This document shows positions 53,648-64,000 of a DNA stretch of 64,000 bases, piece by piece (within the stretch, counting starts at the first letter, position 1; every line of letters begins with the position of its first letter). Origin of the DNA: Mayamaea pseudoterrestris (lineage: Eukaryota); the NCBI GenBank assembly GCA_027923505.1, contig BROI01000013.1:558001-622000 (forward strand), in the 5' to 3' direction. The notes below the pieces were generated by a model. It saw only the letters and a list, made by a program, of their open reading frames with translations. It did no database searches and was not told the DNA's origin. Position numbers and translations under genes: made by a program.

Positions 53648-54663
53648 TATAATTTAGGGTGTTGGCCACCTCCATCCTGCAGACCATTCCGTGGTGTAGG
53701 CCTCCAGGCAGTCCGTTTTGCACCATGCCAGACCATCCTCATGTCAATGGCACACTCTGGCCATGTTTTGCTTGACTCATTGGGTTGTTGGGTGACCAGG
53801 GCACAGGGAATTGTAGTGGTATGATTCCATAATTTGGGTTGTTGGCCACAACTAGCCTGCAGACCATTCCGTGGTGTAGGCCTCCATGCAGTCGTTTTGC
53901 ACCATGTCAGACCATCCTCATGTCAATGGCACACCCTGGACATGTTTTGCATGACTCATTGGGTTGTTGGGTGATCAGGGCACGGGGCATTGTAGTGGTA
54001 TGATTCCATAATTTGGGGTGTTGGCCACACCCAGCACGCAGACCATGCCATGGTGTAGGCCTCCCGGCAGTCCAAATTTCACCATTTCAGACCATCCTCA
54101 TGTCAATGGCACACCCTGGACGTGTTTTGTCTGACTCATTGGGTTGTTGGGTGGCCAGGGCACGGGGCATTGTAGTGGTATGATTCCATAATTTGGGGTG
54201 TTGGCCACACCCAGCACGCAGACCATGCCATGGTGTAGGCCTCCCGGCAGTCCAAATTTCACCATTTCAGACCATCCTCATGTCAATGGCACACCCTGGA
54301 CATGTTTTGCATGACTCATTAGGTTGTTGGGTGGCCAGGGCACGGGGCATTGTAGTGGTATGATTCCATAATTTGGGGTGTTGGCCAAACCCAGCCTGCA
54401 GACCATTCCAGGGTGTAGGCCTCCAAGCAGTCCGTTTTGCACCATTTCAGTTCATCCTCATGTCAATGGCACACCCTGGACATGTTTTGCCTGACTCATA
54501 GGGTTGTTGGGGGGCCAGGGCATCGGGCATTGTAATGGTATGATTCCATAATTTGGGGTGTTGGCCACCCCCAGCCTGCAGAACATTCCATGGTGTAGGT
54601 CTCCAGGCAGTCCATTTTGCACCATTTCAGACCATCCTAATGTTAATGGCACACCCTGGACAT
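53648..54663 (-). repeat. Diverged 180-bp variant of satellite family A, about 5.6 copies
   Basis: Period is 179-180. It shares GTGTTGGCCA, GCCTCCAGGCAGTCC, GCACCATTT, TGTCAATGGCA, CCCTGGACATGTTTTG, TGACTCATTGGG and GGTGGCCAGGGCA in the same order as the right arm. Confidence 0.92.
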
Positions 54664-55300
54664 ATGGGCCAAATAGAACAAGAGTGTTGTCTATGAATCC
54701 GAACCAATCAAACGATGGCCCTGATTGTCTGTTAGCCATTGCCACCTTTAGACAAGGTACTTGAGGTACTATGACACACACAATGTTGGACAACTCCTTT
54801 TCTCCTGGAAAAACAGGAGTAGATACGCTGTATTCCGTGCGACTGTTTGCCATGTAGCAGCAGCGGCAGCACCCACAGAACTTTGGCCATTTCCATCACT
54901 TGAAGCATTCCCACCTTTCACCTAGCTTTTGGTGAGGTCAATCATAATCTACAACATTGGTGGTCATACAAATCCTTCAAGTTTTGGGAAAAGACATGCT
55001 AGCTTCCACATAGGTAAGTATCCTGTATGTTGCCACACCACACCACAAGGTCCACTGGGAATCCCCATCAATGACAAACATTGCTACCATGGGCCAAACT
55101 ATCAATGAGGCCAAGAAACCCAAAGAAACCTGGCAAGTTTACGTTTTGGGAAAGCTGTGGGAGTAGATGACCAAATAGAACAAAAAAACTCAGTCTTTGG
55201 ATCCAAACCAGTTAAAACGTACCCCTAATTGTAGTCTTGTTCCATCAACCCTGTTTGGCTATGCTTGGAAACATGCTTGCAGTGAGATTGCCCAAAAGTA

Positions 55301-56005
55301 ATGGTTCATAAAACAATGAAATGGAGACTATACCGCGCCATGGCGCCATTCCACTACCATGGCAGGACAGCATTGGTCTATTTGACTGATCAATGATGCA
55401 CTGGAGCCTCCTTCATCAAGTGGTGGGAATCTGGATGGTGTTTGGCAGTCAGCTGATGTGGTTGTTTCCACACATTCTCTGGAGCATTGGCCAGAGCTTG
55501 GCCAGAGCTTGGTGCCTGAAATCCATTATTGGCATGTAGAACAGATACTTACATATATGTTTGGGTTTCTGCGCAAGAATGGATCATTCCAAGTGCTTGT
55601 GGGTGCCAGAGCAAGTGGCATATAGCAGGAACAATGGCTAGGCCCATCATTTTATGGTTCATAAAACAATGAAATGGAGACTATACCAATCCATGGCGCC
55701 CTTCCACTACCATGGCAGGACAGCAGAGGCTTTTTTGACTGATCAATGATGCACTGAAGCCTCCTTCGGCAAGTGGTGGGAGCCTGGTTGGTGTTTTGCA
55801 GTCAGCTGGTGTGGTCGTTTTCAAACTGTCTCAGGAGCATTGGCCAGAGCCTGGCCAGAGCATGGAGCCTGAAATCCATTCTTGGGATGTAGAACAATCA
55901 CTAACATTTATATTTTGGGTTTCTGCGCAAGAGTGGATCATTCCATGTGCTTCTGGGGTGCCAGAGCAGGTGGCAAATAGCAGGAACAATGGCTAGGCCA
56001 ATCAT
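55301..56005. repeat. Diverged tandem duplication, 2 x about 353 bp
   Basis: ATGGTTCATAAAACAATGAAATGGAGACTATACC occurs at 55301 and 55654. The copies are colinear through GCAGGAACAATGGCTAGGCC. Confidence 0.9.
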
Positions 56006-56571
56006 AGGACCATCTGCCTAGAAGGCGCCCCTGGTGCACTAGTGGAGCATTTTATGAGCACCTGCATGGCCAAACCCTTGTCCCGTATGTTCATTTGGCG
56101 TGGTGAAACCCCTCCATGGCATCCAAGAAGCTCAGTGATGATGAGAAGGAAAAACCTTCTGAGCGCCGCTTGAAGGGTCATCTGCCTACTTGTAGAAGGT
56201 GCCAGTGACCTATTCTACAAAGTTTGGCTGCTCTGATGGTAGGAGTGGCAATAAGGCCAGACATTATGGTAGCTTTGTCGGCATACATGTTATCGTGATA
56301 CCAGGTGACGGTAGGTACACCCCTCGTTGATCGTTGCGGCGTCTCGTGCCATCGTTTTCACCCTCGTGGTGCATCTGTTCGTGACGTCCTTTCGTGTCGC
56401 TCCGTGACACAAGTGTGACGTTTTCAGTGGTGGCTTCCGGGTCTGTAAGTACGTAATCGACTGACGTTGGACGGCCACCAATGGCACGCAATCTTTTGAC
56501 GACGCCATCGATTACAAGCATCTTTCGTCTTGCTATCAACGTTGCGCATCATACATTCTGTAGCAACGACC

Positions 56572-58005
56572 ATGAAGATTGTCCTTGCAGTTTCATTCCT
56601 GGCTTCGGCCAGTGCCTTCGCACCCAGTGCGAGCAAGCCTGCTTTTGCGTAAGTCTCGAGCAGCGATGGATGGATGGATGTAGGCAGAGGCGAGGAATAT
56701 GAGGCAAACGACTAGTCGTCGAGAGCCCCATTCACCAGTTGTTGCTGTATAATGGTAGCAAATGAAGAAACGAATAGTATCGCTCGAGAAAGAGCGCAAC
56801 TCGTTCCAGCCGCTGTGCAGCCGCTGCTTGCCTTTCGCGCGATCGTTTGATCTTTGGCACTCATGCGACGAAGGACGAGTCAACTTTACCCCCTCGTCGA
56901 TTCTTTTAAACGAATGTTTGAACGAGGAAGGCTTTGACAGCTTTGCATCCTTACCTGATCGCGTTCTGCATACGTACTGAATACAGAAATGGTTGTATCT
57001 GCGTCGGCCATCGGATCATTCACTCACTCCATTCATTTAATTCACTGTTATTCATACAGAACATCGCTCGCCGGCAAACAAAACTTTCTCGAGGCTGAGC
57101 CATACTATGACCAGAGCACTGTTCCAGTGAACGTTTACAAGAACAAGGCTCCCTTCACCGGCAAGGTTGTTTCCACCAAGCGCATCGTAGGACCAACGGC
57201 GACGGGAGAAACCTGTCACATTATCATTGACCACAATGGTGATTTCCCATACTGGGAGGGCCAATCATGGGGAGTCATTCCTCCTGGTACTCGCGAGAAG
57301 GACGGCAAGCCGCATTCGGTGCGCCTCTACTCGATTGCCTCCTCGCGTTACGGAGACGACATGACGGGCAAGACTGGCAGCCTCTGCGTCCGACGCGCCA
57401 CCTACTGGTGCCCAGAGCTCAAGGCTGACGACCCAGCCAAGAAGGGTATCTGCAGTAACTTTCTCTGCGACACGCAGCCTGGTGATTCCGTCGACATGAC
57501 TGGACCGGCTGGAAAGGTCATGCTCATGCCCGAGGAAGACCCCAAGACGGACTACATTATGGTTGCCACTGGTACTGGTATTGCTCCGTACCGTGGCTTC
57601 ATTCGCCGCTTGTTTGTCGAAGATACTCCGGCCGGAAATGTGTACAAGGGACAAGCTTGGTTATTCCTTGGAGTCGCCAACAGTGACGCCTTGCTTTACG
57701 ACGACGAGTGGCAATCGGTCAAGTCAAAGTACCCGGACAACTTTCGCCTCGACTACGCACTGAGTCGCGAGCAGGAGAACAAGAAGGGCGGCAAAATGTA
57801 CATTCAGGACAAGGTGGAGGAGTATTCTGATGAAATCTTTGAAAAGCTTTCCAACGGAGCGCACATTTACTTTTGCGGTTTGAAGGGTATGATGCCTGGC
57901 ATTCAAGACATGCTCAAGGGCGTTGCCGAGGCCAAGGGCCTTGACTATGATGAGTGGTTGAAGGGACTCAAGACCAAGAAGCAGTGGCATGTGGAAGTGT
58001 ACTAG
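56572..58005 (+). CDS. petH: Plastid ferredoxin-NADP+ reductase (FNR), 2 exons: 56572-56648 and 57060-58005, 340 aa
   Basis: Exon 1 encodes [25 protein letters not shown] (signal peptide plus ASAFAP). The intron 56649-57059 (GTAAGT...CAG) joins in frame. Exon 2 has [20 protein letters not shown] and the C-terminal WHVEVY of plant-type FNR. Confidence 0.96.
56649..57059 (+). other. Spliceosomal intron of petH, 411 bp, phase 2
   Basis: GTAAGT donor, CTCAC branch-like site near 57023 and TACAG acceptor. Splicing restores the frame (GC+A = Ala). Confidence 0.88.
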
Positions 58006-58408
58006 AATTGTAATCAATAGTTGCGCATGTTGAACTTGCTAGCGTGTTGCTTTGTAGAATGTCGTGCCGTATTGATGGCTGACAATAGTATACTACAGTG
58101 TCGTCGAGAAAGGGGCGTTTGATAGACTGCAAGCTTCTAAATAGTAGGTCGCCTTTGCAACAGTATAAAATAACTGGGAATGAATTTGACGGCTGGTCTG
58201 CTTGCGTCTACCGTAGTTGATCTGGTTGCGCAACGGAATTGCACCATACCTACCGACGACTAGCGCCTGTCACTCACTCTCTACGATTAGAAAAAACATT
58301 CACATCGAACTCTAGGTTTAAAAAAATATGGATCCTATTCTTTTACTAGTCACAGGCAGCTTCGTCGTGTCAACGTTTTGTCGGCGACATATAGCACCAA
58401 GCCATCAA

Positions 58409-60067
58409 CTAGCTGCCGCTCGTCCCATCAAGCGCCTTGCGTTTTCGAGTTTCCTTTCCACTGCAATCAGATATAGAGACTGTAGCAGTATTGCGCAATA
58501 GCAATAATGGATATTCGCGGACATGGTAATACACACATTCAATGTCGTCCGAGACGGCGCCGAGTAATGCGCTGCCAGCAATTGCGTCGGTGGGATTCTT
58601 TTGGACGTATCCTCTCCCCTCTTTGTTCAAGCGACATATAATATTAGCAATGGCTTGAAGTTGGGGGCTCCAGGGTCTCCGTTTATACCTCAAGTTGAGA
58701 TTGCACAATGAAAAGTTCTGATTGAGGGCTTCGAGCAGGGGTTGGCAATCGTACGATGGAGAACCATTGGGCACGCCCCAACAACAAATATCGATATCTT
58801 CGAGCGTGGTGTTGACTGCAATACCTTCCGCCAAGGCTTGGTTTAAAGCTTCCGAATGCGGCTGCGCCTGAGGCTCCAATTTTAGCCGCTTCAACGTCGG
58901 GCAAAGCATGGCACTTCGAACAAGCTCGACGAATAAATCTTGTGGAATGGCGTAATCATCATTGGACGTATCGTTGTAGACGTGATTGTCATCCCTGGGA
59001 TCCGGGATTTCAAAATAGACATCTTCCAAACGTCCCATGTTTGACATCCTGGCTGCGAATATGGCAAGAAACGAAGCAAAAGTGCCTTTGAACTCGACTC
59101 CGTATCGGAGATGAATCGTTTTGATTTGGCTCACTGCCAAGGCTTTGGCAAACATGGAAGGCGAGCCAAGGAAACATGAGCCAATCTCGAGGTGCTCCAC
59201 TGTAGCTCTCGCAAGACATTCGTAAAACGTTTGGCGCTCATCACGACTCTCCTCGCTTTCTGAATCATCGTGGCCATGAATATCTTCAGACAACTTGACT
59301 GATGCGTCTTCTTCTTCAGAGGAATTCTCGTCGTACATGACTATGTTTTCCAACTTTAGATACTCGAGACGTGCATCCGATGTAATCATGGCAGCAATGG
59401 CTCCAATGTCGTCATCCTCAAGTTCATGCTCCTCATACTGGCTGCTAAAATGCATCTTCACCGAAGCTCGACGAAGCGTCTGGATCGTTTTCAAGACTGA
59501 CAGCATAATGTGACAGCAGAGATGCTCTGTAAAATTCAGGCTTGCCGATTCAAGACTCGGATGGTCCTTGAGCCCCGCGACAACGGCATGCGCCGCGTTA
59601 ATGTGAATGTCTCGATTGGCATAATTACCTTCATGTTCATGTTGTCCAAAATGACCACGAAACTCGAGCGACTTGATCTGCCGCAGATATAAAAAGGCGT
59701 ACTTGAGGACAACCCATGTAATGCCATGTTCTGCACATATATAAAGGTCATGAAAACTCGGAATCTTTCCCATCTCCGCAAATAAATGACGTAACTGGGC
59801 GTCGTGACCATCCGAATTCAGCTCACGCCCTAGAGGTTCAATGACAAGCTTCATTGGCGGAAGCTGGGAAATGCTAGATACGACTTGCTCGCGCTTTGAA
59901 TCGTCCTCTAGTTGTAAATATGCCATTATGAACAGGTAATCAATGTGGAACTCAAGGCGTTCGTCGCTCTGCTGCGCGACGCCGTCTTGTTTCGGCTTGA
60001 TGCTCGCCAACAACTCCATAAATTGGCAATGGCTCATTGATTGCTTCCAGCGTATAATTGTAGTCAT
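58409..60067 (-). CDS. 552-aa protein of unknown function, probably LRR/RNI-like
   Basis: Long intact ORF with repeated LxxLxL segments (LEYLKL, LKRLKL, LEDIDI, LCNLNL), an acidic insert and a basic C-terminal RKRK. The RLNxxGR...VSDD...YYH tail resembles an expanded diatom family (recalled, not searched). Confidence 0.75.
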   Translation of the reverse strand: MTTIIRWKQSMSHCQFMELLASIKPKQDGVAQQSDERLEFHIDYLFIMAYLQLEDDSKREQVVSSISQLPPMKLVIEPLGRELNSDGHDAQLRHLFAEMGKIPSFHDLYICAEHGITWVVLKYAFLYLRQIKSLEFRGHFGQHEHEGNYANRDIHINAAHAVVAGLKDHPSLESASLNFTEHLCCHIMLSVLKTIQTLRRASVKMHFSSQYEEHELEDDDIGAIAAMITSDARLEYLKLENIVMYDENSSEEEDASVKLSEDIHGHDDSESEESRDERQTFYECLARATVEHLEIGSCFLGSPSMFAKALAVSQIKTIHLRYGVEFKGTFASFLAIFAARMSNMGRLEDVYFEIPDPRDDNHVYNDTSNDDYAIPQDLFVELVRSAMLCPTLKRLKLEPQAQPHSEALNQALAEGIAVNTTLEDIDICCWGVPNGSPSYDCQPLLEALNQNFSLCNLNLRYKRRPWSPQLQAIANIICRLNKEGRGYVQKNPTDAIAGSALLGAVSDDIECVYYHVREYPLLLLRNTATVSISDCSGKETRKRKALDGTSGS

Positions 60068-62424
60068 GGTAGGTATGTGAAAGGATATATATATATGTCA
60101 AGCTAGGCGGATTGCTGATGGCGGATGTGTGATTTCGATGCAAAATCGAGCAATGGATGGTGCTGGGAGGCGGGGACGCTCCGGTACTCACGAGATCTGA
60201 CATTTCAGCTATCCGGCTGGTACATATGTCGTCATTATTGCTGCTTTATGTCTACCGTGACCAAGACGGTTCCGCAACCAAGCCAACCAATAATAACAAG
60301 CCACTTCTAAAAGCCCTATAGAACAATGAAACACTAGAGTGGTACCAGTATGCTCACCGGCTTGGTCGTACGTTTCTTCGAAAGAGAATCAGCACGCATC
60401 AAAGCAAACTAAGGACAAGAGGCCATGTTCAGCCAGCCAAGCGAGCGACTAGATTCATGCGACACTCGTTACTTTATAAAAGTACCTAGTCCACTATTAG
60501 CGTATTCGACGAATCAGGCTCCCTTGCTCGCCCAAGTCTCTGAATGCCTAGCTTTACCGATAGCCTCGGCGGCTCGCGCAGGCATTTCCAATCGGCACCG
60601 CATCCTACAACTTGACACAAGCGTTCGCGACGAATCAGAGTGGTATAAAAAATGTATAATGCAATGGCTAGCGCATGCTCCGCGAGATGAGCCGCCATAT
60701 TCCAAACAGTTGCAACCATAACGCAGTGCGTGTAGGTAGTAGTGACTAAACAGTGACGTCCTCCAGCTCGAACGCAAATGCAACTCGAATTCATCGACGC
60801 TTGATATAAATGGCACGCTCCTTCGTCTCTTCAATATTCATTGCGTCCATCGTGATCCATCCCTTTTCTGCTTCGGCGCATCTGTCCACTGACAAAGCAT
60901 CGGAGCAAAACGGTAGGTGGTCACATGGCATCCTTGGCACTCAAACATTTTTAGAACGAGCAGCTGCTCGTGACAGAAGCTCGATTACCTGCAGCATTGC
61001 CATTTTAGCAATCAAACCGCAGCGGCAAGTGATGCGTTTGCGGAAACAGAGTCAAAGCGTCGCATTCGATTGCAATGAGACTTTACAGCGAGCGATGGAG
61101 GGGCAGAGACAGAATCATGCATGATGACAATCGTGATTGTCGTCGTAGGGAGCTTTAGGGGTTTCGTTGGAATAAAGTCGTTCTGGCCATGCTGCTTGCT
61201 GATTGCTTGGCCAGTGGCGCAAAGCGTTTTTGCCAACGATTCATCGCCCGTCGCGCTCAAGATAACACCACGAGCATGAGCGGGCAATCTATCTTGACTG
61301 TTTCCATAAAGTACAGCGTGAATGCCGCAAGTGATCAAGCCCGAGCTCTCTGTATAAATCGCTACCCGTCCGGAAAAGTCGTTGAGAAATCGTCCTTGTC
61401 GCTCGTAGCAACAGCTCCTGAAGCAACCACCATGATTGCAAGTGAACAAGTCGGCAAAAGATCGCTTATTATCAAAGTCTTGATTTTTCTTGAATTGTAC
61501 TAGAAGGGATACCGCTCGTTGCGTTATAGCAATGTGATGCATGCAGCAAGTGTAGCGAGCCACCGACAGTCTTGGCCAAATAAATCTGACTCCCGATGTT
61601 CCGAAGCATTGCGATGCGTCCAATGTGACAATCATCGAGAAAATGATCAGCTGCCTTGACATCCTTGGCGTCCTTGTTCAGCTTGGTGGCGACGGTCGAC
61701 GAGGACTTGTTGACGGATGAAGAGGTTCTTGGCGAACGCATCCAAAAGCTTGGCGGCGACGATGACGCCGACGTCCTCATCACCATTCATCGCAGCAGTC
61801 TCCTGGCAAAACGCTGCTCCGGCTGCACTATTGGAAAATCCATGTTTTGAAAAAAAATACTTTGCATGCCTTCCTCATGGCGGAACGCTCTTCAAAATAA
61901 ACGAATGAACGAAAGAATCGGTCGTCAACACGCGCGTCGGCTGACGTATCGGTACTCATCTAGCTATGTGAGCGAAAGCAGTTTGATCGGTCGATGGCTG
62001 CGGTTTCGCATCGCTCTCACTTCATCCAAGCCGCAAATGTTTTATACAGCAACGACGATACAAAACACGACAAGATAGATATATATGAGGAACATTGTGA
62101 GCAGAATCTACTCTCAATGGCGCTACAATGGAATGTTTTGGACGACGCAGTTCATATGGTAGAGATTGCGCCGGGAAAGCAATGGTCCGTGGCCGTGTCC
62201 GTGTCGGTCGCAGCTTGTATTTCTGCTCGATTGCCAAGCGACTACAGCAAGTGCAACAAATCTAAAGTGAGCTGCGTAGCAAGAGCCTGCGTGCACGCGA
62301 ATCAGAGCGTGAAATGCTAAGCTACTGCTACTGCCCCAATTCCATCGCCCATCGCAGACGCGTCTCATAATAAAACCATACAACAATTGCTCAACTAAAC
62401 AACCTTATAGTAATATCAATTTGT

Positions 62425-62845
62425 TTATCTCAATCGTCTTGCCTCTCGCTCCCACTCCAATAGACAAAGAATGTCTCCTTCCCGGACTGGTCCCTTGACG
62501 TTGCGGACAATGGATCGGCCGGTCGTTCCGCCACCTTCGGCATCCATAAACTCCACGCGCACCTGCGTGACGTTACCCGTGTTTCCCGTACGTCCGAGGA
62601 CGCGATTCACCTTGGCGAGCTTGACTGGTTGATCCTGTGATATTGAATGAAGATGGAGGAGGAAATACGTTTAGTAAGCAGTGGTAAGAGGTAACCATGA
62701 GCATCAAGGCCGGACGCGTTTCGCAATACAACAAGCATTCCAAATCAATCCAGCAATTCTAGCAGTTCATACACTCGCATGCACCGAATGTAAAAGCGCA
62801 AACGATCAAAAGACTTTGTTGCAGCGACCGTCGGCAACGCACCAT
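62425..62845 (-). CDS. RPS28: 40S ribosomal protein S28 (eS28), 2 exons: ATG at 62845-62843 and 62634-62425, 70 aa
   Basis: Exon 2 encodes [17 protein letters not shown]...[26 protein letters not shown]. The CAG acceptor is at 62637-62635. The best first exon is CACC-ATG followed by the donor GTGCGT (208-bp intron); this choice of exon 1 is inferred. Confidence 0.93.
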
Positions 62846-63192
62846 GGTGAAGGCTGTGATTTGATTTTGTGCGAGAGCTTCGCGTCGAGTCGGTGTTGAA
62901 CGAGCGGCGGAGGGTCGTCGAGTGGAGCGTCGGACAGACCTTTGTCGCACTACGACAATCACGTGCAGTCGTGCGATTCGCATCCGTGACTCGTTCCCAC
63001 GTCATCCGTCGCGGCAAACGCTTGCCTCCGATCCTTTCGTCGTTCCAAACTTCCATCACAAAACAATACACCAATGGAGGGAGCTGAGTGAAGGATTTCG
63101 CTTTCTAGCCGTACCGCCCTCTCATTGTAAGCTCTTGACGAGTCTACTGTAATACCATACAAAATCCTCTACCCCTTTCGTTTCGCGCTCTT
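62846..63192. promoter_or_regulatory. Probable bidirectional promoter region between RPS28 and nadB
   Basis: The start codons are divergent and only 347 bp apart. No specific element was identified. Confidence 0.5.
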
Positions 63193-64000
63193 ATGCTCAA
63201 GGTTGCGCAACGAGTCTCATTGGCAGTTTCTGCGTCAGTAAGATTGAAATCAGCGACTGCGACTGCTACTGCTGCTCGGGTTGGTAGATCATTGTCAACT
63301 GCCTCGCATCGTCATGTGATTCGTTCCGATTCATCAATCTCGAAAACGACAAACGATCAGCATGAGGACCGCTTGCTGGTGATTGGATCGGGCGTCGCCG
63401 GCAGTGCCGCTGCTCTCATTGCGGCGGAGCAGTACCAAATCCCAGTCACTCTGCTCTTTGCCGGTCATCTTTCCACCGACTGCAACTCGTACTGGGCGCA
63501 GGGAGGCATCATTTACCGCAACCACGACGTCAATAGTGGAGATTCCGCGGCGAGTCTGGCGCAAGACATTCAGCGCGCCGGTGCCGGCCTTTGCGAACAT
63601 GGTGCCGTTTGGAAGGTTGCCAATGAAGGACCGGATCGAGTGAGACAACTTCTGTTGAACAATGAGCATGGTAGTAACGTGAACAATCCGTACTGTCAGG
63701 TTCCGTTTGAGCGCAGTGCGAGCGACTCGTCCGAGTATGCGCTCTGTTTGGAGGCGTCGCACGCCGCACCTCGCATTCTCTTCACGGCCGATCACACGGG
63801 TCGAAGCATTACGGAATGCTTGTCGGAAGCCTTGATCAAACATCCGCTCATTACGTTGCAGCCGCATACGGTAGTGACGGATCTCATTGTCATGGAGTCA
63901 AACGAAAGTAGCAGCAGCAGCAAGCACTGCCTGGGCGTGACGACACTCAATCGCACCACTGGAGCAACTGGCTACGAACTAGCCAATCACGGAACGGTCC
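63193..64000 (+). CDS. nadB: L-aspartate oxidase (NadB family flavoprotein), 3' end outside the window
   Basis: Open from ATG 63193 to the window end. Motifs: LLVIGSGVAG (FAD binding), NSYWAQGGI, AGAGLC and LEASHAAPRILFTADHTG. There is an N-terminal Arg/Ser/Ala-rich extension. The ORF track misses it because there is no stop codon in the window. Confidence 0.9.
   Translation, partial: MLKVAQRVSLAVSASVRLKSATATATAARVGRSLSTASHRHVIRSDSSISKTTNDQHEDRLLVIGSGVAGSAAALIAAEQYQIPVTLLFAGHLSTDCNSYWAQGGIIYRNHDVNSGDSAASLAQDIQRAGAGLCEHGAVWKVANEGPDRVRQLLLNNEHGSNVNNPYCQVPFERSASDSSEYALCLEASHAAPRILFTADHTGRSITECLSEALIKHPLITLQPHTVVTDLIVMESNESSSSSKHCLGVTTLNRTTGATGYELANHGTV

Noticed and set aside
5886..54663. Tandem 5S rRNA, tRNA or snRNA gene array
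   Set aside because: I could not recognise any 5S, tRNA cloverleaf or Sm-site signature in the monomers. A covariance-model search would be needed to exclude this fully.
5873..54853. Hundreds of short ORFs in all frames across the arrays
   Set aside because: They are translations of tandem repeats. Periods of 181 and 169 are not multiples of 3, frames shift with homopolymer length, and no domain is recognisable.
56989..57059. ORF-track N-terminus of FNR (MVVSASAIG...)
   Set aside because: It lies within the intron. The upstream exon supplies a canonical presequence.
62635..62842. Intronic snoRNA in RPS28
   Set aside because: No convincing C box and D box pair or H/ACA architecture was seen.
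63334..63867. 177-aa minus-strand ORF
   Set aside because: It is the antisense shadow of nadB.

Overview
Eukaryotic DNA, most likely from a diatom. The evidence is a plastid FNR with an ASAFAP bipartite presequence, GT-AG introns and a compact gene layout. Left to right: (1) the 3' part of a damaged Ty1/copia LTR retrotransposon (PR-INT-RT-RNaseH, PPT, 555-bp 3' LTR; 1-5885) that abuts a satellite array directly; (2) about 49 kb of nucleosome-sized satellite DNA, made of a 181-bp, 55% GC family whose orientation flips at about 18945, a block of a 169-bp repeat nested in register inside it, and a short diverged 180-bp layer; (3) a CpG-poor relic zone with a 353-bp tandem duplication; (4) ordinary genes: petH/FNR, a 552-aa LRR/RNI-like protein, RPS28 and the 5' part of L-aspartate oxidase. 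The most interesting reading is a layered, dyad-rich, GC-rich satellite domain with a resident copia element, that is, a candidate satellite-type centromere or heterochromatic knob. This is unlike the short AT-rich, non-repetitive centromeres described for the model diatom Phaeodactylum. Function cannot be shown from sequence alone. Parts of the array (about 13-19.7 kb and 39-46.3 kb) look like noisy long-read consensus, so copy numbers, the inversion and the block duplications need read-level validation.
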